This document shows positions 51,200 to 63,100 of a stretch of 64,000 bases of DNA, in pieces; position 1 is the first letter of the stretch, and each line of letters starts with the position of its first letter. The DNA comes from Malacoraja senta (lineage: Eukaryota). The position numbers were made by a program, and so were the translations under genes. Under the pieces are notes generated by a model that saw only the letters and a list, made by a program, of their open reading frames with translations, had not been told where the DNA came from and did not search any database. The stretch lies in the NCBI GenBank assembly GCA_038087875.1, contig JAXLNO010000543.1, forward strand, positions 1 to 64,000, in the 5' to 3' direction.

Positions 51200-54100
51200 T
51201 TTCGTGTCCTGAAAGCTCGTCACTTTTCATGTGCTGAATTTTTATCGCATTTTGCAGGCTGATTTTTCGTCGATTTTCGTGTGCTGAAATTTCGTCGCTT
51301 TTCACATCCTGAAATGTCGTCGCTTTATGCTTGCTGAATTTTTGTCACTTTTCGCATGCTGAATTTTCTTCGCTTTATGTGTCCCGATGTTTAGTTGCAT
51401 TTCGCCTCTTCAATTTACGTCGTTTTTCGCATGCTGAATTTTCGTCGATTTTCGCATGCTGAATTTTCGTCACTTCGCTTGCTGAATTTTCGTTGCTTTT
51501 CACGTTCTGAAATTTCGTCGTTCTTCCCGTGCTGAATTTTCGTTGCTTTTCTCTTTCTGAAATTTCATTACTTTTTGCGTGCTGAAATTACGTCGCTTTT
51601 CACGTCCTGAAGGTTCATCACTTTGGTCGTGCTGAATTTTCATCGCTTTTCGCAGGCTGAGTTTCCGTCGCTTTTCACGTGATGTATTTTTTGTCACTTT
51701 TCGCATGCGGAGTTTTCGTTGATTTTCGCGTGCTGAATTCTCGTCGCTTTTCGCGTGCTGAATTTTCGTCGCTTTTCGCGTCCTCAATGTTCGTCGCTTT
51801 TCGACAGCTAAATTTTCGTAACTTTTCGCGGCTAAATTTTCGTTGCTTGCCTCGTGCTGAAATTTCGTCACTTTTCGCGTGCTGAATTTTCGTCGCTTTT
51901 TGCGTCCTGAAGGTTCATCATTTTTCACGTGCTGAATTTTCATCGCTTTTCGCAGGCTGAATTTTCATCGCTTGTCTCGTTCTGATATTTTGTCACTTTT
52001 CGCGTGCTGAATTTTCGTCGCTTTTCGCGTCCTGAAGGTTCATAATTTTTCACGTGCTGAATTTACGTCGCTTTTCTTGTGCTAGATTATCGTCGCTTTT
52101 CACGTGCTGTATTTTTGTCACTTTTTGCATGCTGAATTTTCGTCGCCTTTCGCGTGCTACTTTAAAAAAAAAATTCACGTACTGAATTTTCATCGTTTTA
52201 CGCAGGCTGAATTTTCGTCGCTTTTCAAGTGCAGAAATGTTGTCGCGTTTCACGTGATGAAATTTCCGTCTCTTTATGTGTCCCGATGTTTTGTTGCTTT
52301 ACGCGTCCTTAATTTACATCGCTATTTGTGTGCTGATTTTTCGTCACTTTACGCATCCTGGTTTAGTCGCTTTATGCGTCCTCATCTTTCGTCGCTTTTC
52401 ACGTCCTGAATTCACATAGCTTTTCCCGTGCTGAATTTTCGTCGCTTTTCTATTTTGGAAATTTAGTTACTTTTCGCGTGCTGAATTTACGTCGCTTTTC
52501 GCGTCCTGAAGGTTCATGACTTTTGTCTTGCTGAATTTTTGTCGCTTTTCGCAGGCTGAGTTTTCGTCGATTATCACATGCTGTATTTTTGTCACTTTTC
52601 GCATGCTGAATTTTCGTCGCCTTTCGCTGCTTCATTTTTTTATCGCTTTTCGCATCCTGAAAGTTCATCTGTTTTGTCATGCCGAAATTTCATCGCTTTT
52701 CGCGTGCAGAATTTTCGTCGCTTTTCACGTGCTGAATTTGCGTCGCTTTTCGCGTCCTGAATGTTCGTCCCTTTTCGCCTGCTGAATTTTCATCACTTTT
52801 CACGGCTGAATTTTCGTCGCTTGTCTCGTTCTGATATTTCGTCACTTTTCGCATGCTGAATTTTCGTCGCTTTTCGCGTGCTGTATTTTTGTCACTTTTC
52901 GCATGCTGAATTTTCGTCGCCTTTCGCGTGCTTCATTTTTTGTCACTTTTCGCATCCTGAACGTTCGTCGCTTTTCGCATGCTGAAGTTTTGTTTCTTTT
53001 CGAGTCCTGAAGTTACTTAGCTTTTCGCATCCTGAAGGTTCATAATTTTTCACGTGCTGAATTTTCATCGCTTTTCGCAGGCTGAATTTTCGTCGCATTT
53101 CAAGTGCTGAAATTGTATCACTTTTCGCATGCTGAATTTTCGTCGCCTTTCGCGTGCTACTTTTAAAAAAAAAATTCACGTACTGAATTTTCATCGTTTT
53201 ACGCAGGCTGAATTTTCGTCGCTTTTCAAGTGCAGAAATGTTGTCGCGTTTCACGTGATGAAATTTCCGTCTCTTTATGTGTCCCGATGTTTTGTTGCTT
53301 TACGCGTCCTTAATTTACATCGCTATTTGTGTGCTGAATTTTCGTCACTTTACGCATCCTGGTTTAGTCGCTTTATGCGTCCTCATCTTTCGTCGCTTTT
53401 CACGTCCTGAATTCACGTAGCTTTTCCCGTGCTGAATTTTCGTCGCTTTTCTATTTCGGAAATTTCGTTACTTTTCGCGTGCTGAATTTACGTCGCTTTT
53501 CGCGTCCTGAAGGTTCATGACTTTTGTCTTGCTGAATTTTTGTCGCTTTTCGCAGGCTGAGTTTTCGTCGATTATCACATGCTGTATTTTTGTCACTTTT
53601 CGCATGCTGAATTTTCGTCGCCTTTCGCTGCTTCATTTTTTTATCGCTTTTCGCATCCTGAAAGTTCATCTGTTTTGTCATGCCGAAATTTCATCGCTTT
53701 TCGCGTGCAGAATTTTCGTCGCTTTTCACGTGCTGAATTTGCGTCGCTTTTCGCGTCCTGAATGTTCGTCCCTTTTCGCCTGCTGAATTTTCATCACTTT
53801 TCACGGCTGAATTTTCGTCGCTTGTCTCGTTCTGATATTTCGTCACTTTTCGCATGCTGAATTTTCGTCGCTTTTCGCGTGCTGTATTTTTGTCACTTTT
53901 CGCATGCTGAATTTTCGTCGCCTTTCGCGTGCTTCATTTTTTGTCACTTTTAGCATCCTGAACGTTCGTCGCTTTTCGCATGCTGAAGTTTTATTTCTTT
54001 TCGAGTCCTGAAGTTACTTAGCTTTTCGCATCCTGAAGGTTCATAATTTTTCACGTGCTGAATTTTCATCGCTTTTCGCAGGCTGAATTTTCGTCGCATT

Positions 54101-57100
54101 TCAAGTGCTGAAATTGTATCGCTTTTCACGTGCTGAAATTTTCGTCCCTTTATGTGTCCCGATGTTTTGTTGCTTTACGCGTCCTGAATTTACATCACTT
54201 TTTGTGTGCTGAATTTTCGTCGCTTTTCGCGTCCTGAAGGTTTAGTCGCTTTATGCGTCCTCATCTTTCGTCTCTTTTCGCGTCCTGAATTCACGTTGTT
54301 TTTCACGTGGTGAATTTTCGTTGCTTTTTGCATGTTGAATTTTTTTTCGCTTTTTGCATGCTGAATTTTCGTCGCTTTTTGCCTGCTGAATTTTCGTCAC
54401 TTTTCACGGCTGAATTTTCGTAACTTATCTTGTTGTGATATTTCGGCACTTTTCGCGTGCTGAATTTTCGTCGCTTTTCGCGTCCTGTAGGTTCATCATT
54501 TTTCACGTGCTGAATTTTCATCACTTTTTGCAGGCTGAATTTTCGTCGCTTTTCAAGTGCTGAAATTTTGTCGCTTTTCACGTGCTGAAATTTTCTTCCC
54601 TTTATGTGTCCCGATGTTTTATTGCTTTACGCGTCCTGAATTGACATCACTTTTTGTGTGCTGAATTTTCGTCGCTTTTCGCGTCCTGAAGGTTTAGTCG
54701 CTTTATGCGTCCTCATCTTTCGTCGCTTTTCGTGTCCTGAAAGCTCGTCACTTTTCATGTGCTGAATTTGTATCGCTTTCCGCAGGCTGATTTTTCGTCG
54801 ATTTTCGTATGCTGAAATTTCGTCGCTTTTCACGTCCAGAAATATCGTCGCTTTATGCGTGCTGAATTTTTGTCGCTTTTCGCATGTTGAATTTTTGTCG
54901 CCTTTTCGTGCTGTATTTTTGCAGCTTTTCGGATGCTGAATTTACGTCGCTTTTCGCGTCCTGAAAGCTCGTCACTTTTCATGTGCTGAATTTTTATCGC
55001 TTTTTGCAGGCTGATTTTTCGTCGATTTTCGTGTGCTGAAATTTCGTCGCTTTTCACATCCTGAAATGTCGTCGCTTTATGCTTGCTGAATTTTTGTCAC
55101 TTTTCGCATGCTGAATTTTCTTCGCTTTATGTGTCCCGATGTTTAGTTGCTTTTCGCCTCTTCAATTTACGTCGTTTTTCGCATGCTGAATTTTCGTCGA
55201 TTTTCGCATGCTCAATTTTCGTCACTTCGCTTGCTGAATTTTCGTTGCTTTTCACGTTCTGAAATTTCGTCGTTCTTCCCGTGCTGAATTTTCGTCGCTT
55301 TTCTCTTTCTGAAATTTCATTACTTTTTGCGTGCTGAAATTACGTCGCTTTTCATGTCCTGAAGGTTCATCACTTTGGTCGTGCTGAATTTTCATCGCTT
55401 TTCGCAGGCTGAGTTTCCGTCGCTTTTCACGTGATGTATTTTTTGTCACTTTTCGCATGCGGAGTTTTCGTTGATTTTCGCGTGCTGAATTCTCGTCGCT
55501 TTTCGCGTGCTGAATTTTCGTCGCTTTTCACGTCCTCAATGTTCGTCGCTTTTCGACAGCTAAATTTTCGTAACTTTTCGCGGCTAAATTTTCGTTGCTT
55601 GTCTCGTGCTGAAATTTCGTCACTTTTCGCGTGCTGAATTTTCGTCGCTTTTCGCGTCCTGAAGGTTCATCATTTTTCACGTGCTGAATTTTCATCGCTT
55701 TTCGCAGGCTGAATTTTCATCGCTTGTCTCGTTCTGATATTTTGTCACTTTTCGCGTGCTGAATTTTCGTCGCTTTTCGCGTCCTGAAGGTTCATAATTT
55801 TTCACGTGCTGAATTTACGTCGCTTTTCTTGTGCTAGATTATCGTCGCTTTTCACGTGCTGTATTTTTGTCACTTTTTGCATGCTGAATTTTCGTCGCCT
55901 TTCGCGTGCTACTTTAAAAAAAAAATTTCACGTACTGAATTTTCATCGTTTTACGCAGGCTGAATTTTCGTCGCTTTTCAAGTGCAGAAATGTTGTCGCG
56001 TTTCACGTGATGAAATTTCCGTCTCTTTATGTGTCCCGATGTTTTGTTGCTTTACGCGTCCTTAATTTACATCGCTATTTGTGTGCTGATTTTTCGTCAC
56101 TTTACGCATCCTGGTTTAGTCGCTTTATGCGTCCGCATCTTTCGTCGCTTTTCACGTCCTGAATTCACGTAGCTTTTCCCGTGCTGAATGTTCGTCGCTT
56201 TTCTATTTCGGAAATTTCGTTACTCTTCGCGTGCTGAATTTACGTCGCTTTTCGCGTCCTGAAGGTTCATGACTTTTGTCGTGCTGAATTTTTGTCGCTT
56301 TTCGCAGGCTGAGTTTTCGTCGATTATCACATGCTGTATTTTTGTCACTTTTCGCATGCTGAATTTTCGTCGCCTTTCGCTGCTTCATTTTTTTTATCGC
56401 TTTTCGCATCCTGAAAGTTCATCTGTTTTGTCATGCCGAAATTTCATCGCTTTTCGCGTGCAGAATTTTCGTCGCTTTTCACGTGCTGAATTTGCGTCGC
56501 TTTTCGCGTCCTGAATGTTCGTCCCTTTTCGCCTGCTGAATTTTCATCACTTTTCACGGCTGAATTTTCGTCGCTTGTCTCGTTCTGATATTTCGTCACT
56601 TTTCGCATGCTGAATTTTCGTCGCTTTTCGCGTGCTGTATTTTTGTCACTTTTCGCATGCTGAATTTTCGTCGCCTTTCGCGTGCTTCATTTTTTGTCAC
56701 TTTTCGCATCCTGAACGTTCGTCGCTTTTCGCATGCTGAAGTTTTGTTTCTTTTCGAGTCCTGAAGTTACTTAGCTTTTCGCATCCTGAAGGTTCATAAT
56801 TTTTCACGTGCTGAATTTTCATCGCTTTTCGCAGGCTGAATTTTCGTCGCATTTCAAGTGCTGAAATTGTATCGCTTTTCACGTGCTGAAATTTTCGTCC
56901 CTTTATGTGTCCCGATGTTTTGTTGCTTTACGCGTCCTGAATTTACATCACTTTTTGTGTGCTGAATTTTCGTCGCTTTTCGCGTCCTGAAGGTTTAGTC
57001 GCTTTATGCGTCCTCATCTTTCGTCTCTTTTCGCGTCCTGAATTCACGTCGTTTTTCACGTGGTGAATTTTCGTTGCTTTTTGCATGTTGATTTTTTTTT

Positions 57101-60100
57101 CGCTTTTTGCATGCTGAATTTTCGTCGCTTTTTGCCTGCTGAATTTTCGTCACTTTTCACGGCTGAATTTTCGTAACTTATCTTGTTGTGATATTTCGGC
57201 ACTTTTCGCGTGCTGAATTTTCGTCGCTTTTCGCGTCCTGTAGGTTCATCATTTTTCACGTGCTGAATTTTCATCACTTTTTGCAGGCTGAATTTTCGTC
57301 GCTTTTCAAGTGCTGAAATTTTGTCGCTTTTCACGTGCTGAAATTTTCTTCCCTTTATGTGTCCCGATGTTTTATTGCTTTACGCGTCCTGAATTGGCAT
57401 CACTTTTTGTGTGCTGAATTTTCGTCGCTTTTCGCGTCCTGAAGGTTTAGTCGCTTTATGCGTCCTCATCTTTCGTCGCTTTTCGTGTCCTGAAAGCTCG
57501 TCACTTTTCATGTGCTGAATTTGTATCGCTTTCCGCAGGCTGATTTTTCGTCGATTTTCGTATGCTGAAATTTCGTCGCTTTTCACGTCCAGAAATATCG
57601 TCGCTTTATGCGTGCTGAATTTTTGTCGCTTTTCGCATGTTGAATTTTTGTCGCCTTTTCGTGCTGTATTTTTGCAGCTTTTCGGATGCTGAATTTACGT
57701 CGCTTTTCGCGTCCTGAAAGCTCGTCACTTTTCATGTGCTGAATTTTTATCGCTTTTTGCAGGCTGATTTTTCGTCGATTTTCGTGTGCTGAAATTTCGT
57801 CGCGTTTCACATCCTGAAATGTCGTCGCTTTATGCTTGCTGAATTTTTGTCACTTTTCGCATGCTGAATTTTCTTCGCTTTATGTGTCCCGATGTTTAGT
57901 TGCTTTTCGCCTCTTCAATTTACGTCGTTTTTCGCATGCTGAATTTTCGTCGATTTTCGCATGCTGAATTTTCGTCACTTCGCTTGCTGAATTTTCGTTG
58001 CTTTTCACGTTCTGAAATTTCGTCGTTCTTCCCGTGCTGAATTTTCGTCGCTTTTCTCTTTCTGAAATTTCATTACTTTTTGCGTGCTGAAATTACGTCG
58101 CTTTTCATGTCCTGAAGGTTCATCACTTTGGTCGTGCTGAATTTTCATCGCTTTTCGCAGGCTGAGTTTCCGTCGCTTTTCACGTGATGTATTTTTTGTC
58201 ACTTTTCGCATGCGGAGTTTTCGTTGATTTTCGCGTGCTGAATTCTCGTCGCTTTTCGCGTGCTGAATTTTCATCGCTTTTCGCGTCCTCAATGTTCGTC
58301 GCTTTTCGACAGCTAAATTTTCGTAACTTTTCGCGGCTAAATTTTCGTTGCTTGTCTCGTGCTGAAATTTCGTCACTTTTCGCGTGCTGAATTTTCATCG
58401 CTTTTCGCAGGCTGAATTTTCATCGCTTGTCTCGTTCTGATATTTTGTCACTTTTCGCGTGCTGAATTTTCGTCGCTTTTCGCGTCCTGAAGGTTCATAA
58501 TTTTTCACGTGCTGAATTTACGTCGCTTTTCTTGTGCTAGATTATCGTCGCTTTTCACGTGCTGTATTTTTGTCACTTTTTGCATGCTGAATTTTCGTCG
58601 CCTTTCGCGTGCTACTTTAAAAAAAAAATTTCACGTACTGAATTTTCATCGTTTTACGCAGGCTGAATTTTCGTCGCTTTTCAAGTGCAGAAATGTTGTC
58701 GCGTTTCACGTGATGAAATTTCCGTCTCTTTATGTGTCCCGATGTTTTGTTGCTTTACGCGTCCTTAATTTACATCGCTATTTGTGTGCTGAATTTTCGT
58801 CACTTTACGCATCCTGGTTTAGTCGCTTTATGCGTCCTCATCTTTCGTCGCTTTTCACGTCCTGAATTCACGTAGCTTTTCCCGTGCTGAATTTTCGTCG
58901 CTTTTCTATTTCGGAAATTTAGTTACTTTTCGCGTGCTGAATTTACGTCGCTTTTCGCGTCCTGAAGGTTCATGACTTTTGTCTTGCTGAATTTTTGTCG
59001 CTTTTCGCAGGATGAGTTTTCGTCGATTATCACATGCTGTATTTTTGTCACTTTTCGCATGCTGAATTTTCGTCGCCTTTCGCTGCTTCATTTTTTTTAT
59101 CGCTTTTCGCATCCTGAAAGTTCATCTGTTTTGTCATGCCGAAATTTCATCGCTTTTCGCGTGCAGAATTTTCGTCGCTTTTCACGTGCTGAATTTGCGT
59201 CGCTTTTCGCGTCCTGAATGTTCGTCCCTTTTCGCCTGCTGAATTTTCATCACTTTTCACGGCTGAATTTTCGTCGCTTGTCTCGTTCTGATATTTCGTC
59301 ACTTTTCGCATGCTGAATTTTCGTCGCTTTTCACGTGCTGTATTTTTGTCACTTTTCGCATGCTGAATTTTCGTCGCCTTTCGCGTGCTTCATTTTTTGT
59401 CACTTTTCGCATCCTGAACGTTCGTCGCTTTTCGCATGCTGAAGTTTTGTTTCTTTTCTAGTCCTGAAGTTACTTAGCTTTTCGCATCCTGAAGGTTCAT
59501 AATTTTTCACGTGCTGAATTTTCATCGCTTTTCGCAGGCTGCATTTTCGTCGCATTTCAAGTGCTGAAATTGTATCGCTTTTCACGTGCTGAAATTTTCA
59601 TCCCTTTATGTGTCCCGATGTTTTGTTGCTTTACGTGTCCTGAATTTACATCACTTTTTGTGTGCTGAATTTTCGTCTCTTTTCGCGTCCTGAAGGTTTA
59701 GTCGCTTTATGCGTCCTCATCTTTCGTCTCTTTTCGCGTCCTGAATTCACGTCGTTTTTCACGTGGTGAATTTTCGTTGCTTTTTGCATGTTGAATTTTT
59801 TTTCGCTTTTTGCATGCTGAATTTTCGTCGCTTTTTGCCTGCTGAATTTTCGTCACTTTTCACGGCTGAATTTTCGTAACTTATCTTGTTGTGATATTTC
59901 GGCACTTTTCGCGTGCTGAATTTTCGTCGCTTTTCGCGTCCTGTAGGTTCATCATTTTTCACGTGCTGAATTTTCATCACTTTTTGCAGGCTGAATTTTC
60001 GTCGCTTTTCAAGTGCTGAAATTTTGTCGCTTTTCACGTGCTGAAATTTTCTTCCCTTTATGTGTCCCGATGTTTTATTGCTTTACGCGTCCTGAATTGA

Positions 60101-63100
60101 CATCACTTTTTGTGTGCTGAATTTTCGTCGCTTTTCGCGTCCTGAAGGTTTAGTCGCTTTATGCGTCCTCATCTTTCGTCGCTTTTCGTGTCCTGAAAGC
60201 TCGTCACTTTTCATGTGCTGAATTTGTATCGCTTTCCGCAGGCTGATTTTTCGTCGATTTTCGTATGCTGAAATTTCGTCGCTTTTCACGTCCAGAAATA
60301 TCGTCGCTTTATGCGTGCTGAATTTTTGTCGCTTTTCGCATGTTGAATTTTTGTCGCCTTTTCGTGCTGTATTTTTGCAGCTTTTCGGATGCTGAATTTA
60401 CGTCGCTTTTCGCGTCCTGAAAGCTCGTCACTTTTCATGTGCTGAATTTTTATCGCTTTTTGCAGGCTGATTTTTCGTCGATTTTCGTGTGCTGAAATTT
60501 CGTCGCTTTTCACATCCTGAAATGTCGTCGCTTTATGCTTGCTGAATTTTTGTCACTTTTCGCATGCTGAATTTTCTTCGCTTTATGTGTCCCGATGTTT
60601 AGTTGCTTTTCGCCTCTTCAATTTACGTCGTTTTTCGCATGCTGAATTTTCGTCGATTTTCGCATGCTCAATTTTCGTCACTTCGCTTGCTGAATTTTCG
60701 TTGCTTTTCACGTTCTGAAATTTCGTCGTTCTTCCCGTGCTGAATTTTCGTCGCTTTTCTCTTTCTGAAATTTCATTACTTTTTGCGTGCTGAAATTACG
60801 TCGCTTTTCATGTCCTGAAGATTCATCACTTTGGTCGTGCTGAATTTTCATCGCTTTTCGCAGGCTGAGTTTCCGTCGCTTTTCACGTGATGTATTTTTT
60901 GTCACTTTTCGCATGCGGAGTTTTCGTTGATTTTCGCGTGCTGAATTCTCGTCGCTTTTCGCGTGCTGAATTTTCATCGCTTTTCGCGTCCTCAATGTTC
61001 GTCGCTTTTCGACAGCTAAATTTTCGTAACTTTTCGCGGCTAAATTTTCGTTGCTTGTCTCGTGCTGAAATTTCGTCACTTTTCGCGTACTGAATTTTCG
61101 TCGCTTTTCGCGTCCTGAAGGTTCATCATTTTTCACGTGCTGAATTTTCATCGCTTTTCGCAGGCTGAATTTTCATCGCTTGTCTCGTTCTGATATTTTG
61201 TCACTTTTCGCGTGCTGAATTTTCGTCGCTTTTCGCGTCCTGAAGGTTCATAATTTTTCACGTGCTGAATTTACGTCGCTTTTCTTGTGCTAGATTATCG
61301 TCGCTTTTCACGTGCTGTATTTTTGTCACTTTTTGCATGCTGAATTTTCGTCGCCTTTCGCGTGCTACTTTTAAAAAAAAATTTCACGTACTGAATTTTC
61401 ATCGTTTTACGCAGGCTGAATTTTCGTCGCTTTTCAGGTGCAGAAATGTTGTCGCGTTTCACGTGATGAAATTTCCGTCTCTTTATGTGTCCCGATGTTT
61501 TGTTGCTTTACGCGTCCTTAATTTACATCGCTATTTGTGTGCTGAATTTTCGTCACTTTACGCATCCTGGTTTAGTCGCTTTATGCGTCCTCATCTTTCG
61601 TTGCTTTTCACGTCCTGAATTCACGTAGCTTTTCCCGTGCTGAATTTTCGTCGCTTTTCTATTTCGGAAATTTAGTTACTTTTCGCGTGCTGAATTTACG
61701 TCGCTTTTCGCGTCCTGAAGGTTCATGACTTTTGTCTTGCTGAATTTTTGTCGCTTTTCGCAGGCTGAGTTTTCGTCGATTATCACATGCTGTATTTTTG
61801 TCACTTTTCGCATGCTGAATTTTCGTCGCCTTTCGCTGCTTCATTTTTTATCGCTTTTCGCATCCTGAAAGTTCATCTGTTTTGTCATGCCGAAATTTCA
61901 TCGCTTTTCGCGTGCAGAATTTTCGTCGCTTTTCACGTGCTGAATTTGCGTCGCTTTTCGCGTCCTGAATGTTCGTCCCTTTTCGCCTGCTGAATTTTCA
62001 TCACTTTTCACGGCTGAATTTTCGTCGCTTGTCTCGTTCTGATATTTCGTCACTTTTCGCATGCTGAATTTTCGTCGCTTTTCGCGTGCTGTATTTTTGT
62101 CACTTTTCGCATGCTGAATTTTCGTCGCCTTTCGCGTGCTTCATTTTTTGTCACTTTTCGCATCCTGAACGTTCGTCGCTTTTCGCATGCTGAAGTTTTG
62201 TTTCTTTTCGAGTCCTGAAGTTACTTAGCTTTTCGCATCCTGAAGGTTCATAATTTTTCACGTGCTGAATTTTCATCGCTTTTGGCAGGCTGAATTTTCG
62301 TCGCATTTCAAGTGCTGAAATTGTATCGCTTTTCACGTGCTGAAATTTTCATCCCTTTATGTGTCCCGATGTTTTGATGCTTTACGCGTCCTGAATTTAC
62401 ATCACTTTTTGTGTGCTGAATTTTCGTCGCTTTTCGCGTCCTGAAGGTTTAGTCGCTTTATGCGTCCTCATCTTTCGTCTCTTTTCGCGTCCTGAATTCA
62501 CGTCGTTTTTCACGTGGTGAATTTTCGTTGCTTTTTGCATGTAGAATTTTTTTTCGCTTTTTGCATGCTGAATTTTCGTCGCTTTTTGCCTGCTGAATTT
62601 TCGTCACTTTTCACGGCTGAATTTTCGTAACTTATCTTGTTGTGATATTTCGACACTTTTCGCGTGCTGAATTTTCGTCGCTTTTCGCGTCCTGTAGGTT
62701 CATCATTTTTCACGTGCTGAATTTTCATCACTTTTTGCAGGCTGAATTTTCGTCGCTTTTCAAGTGCTGAAATTTTGTCGCTTTTCACGTGCTGAAATTT
62801 TCTTCCCTTTATGTGTCCCGATGTTTTATTGCTTTACGCGTCCTGAATTGACATCACTTTTTGTGTGCTGAATTTTCGTCGCTTTTCGCGTCCTGAAGGT
62901 TTAGTCGCTTTATGCGTCCTCATCTTTCGTCGCTTTTCGTGTCCTGAAAGCTCGTCACTTTTCATGTGCTGAATTTGTATCGCTTTCCGCAGGCTGATTT
63001 TTCGTCGATTTTCGTATGCTGAAATTTCGTCGCTTTTCACGTCCAGAAATATCGTCGCTTTATGCGTGCTGAATTTTTGTCGCTTTTCGCATGTTGAATT

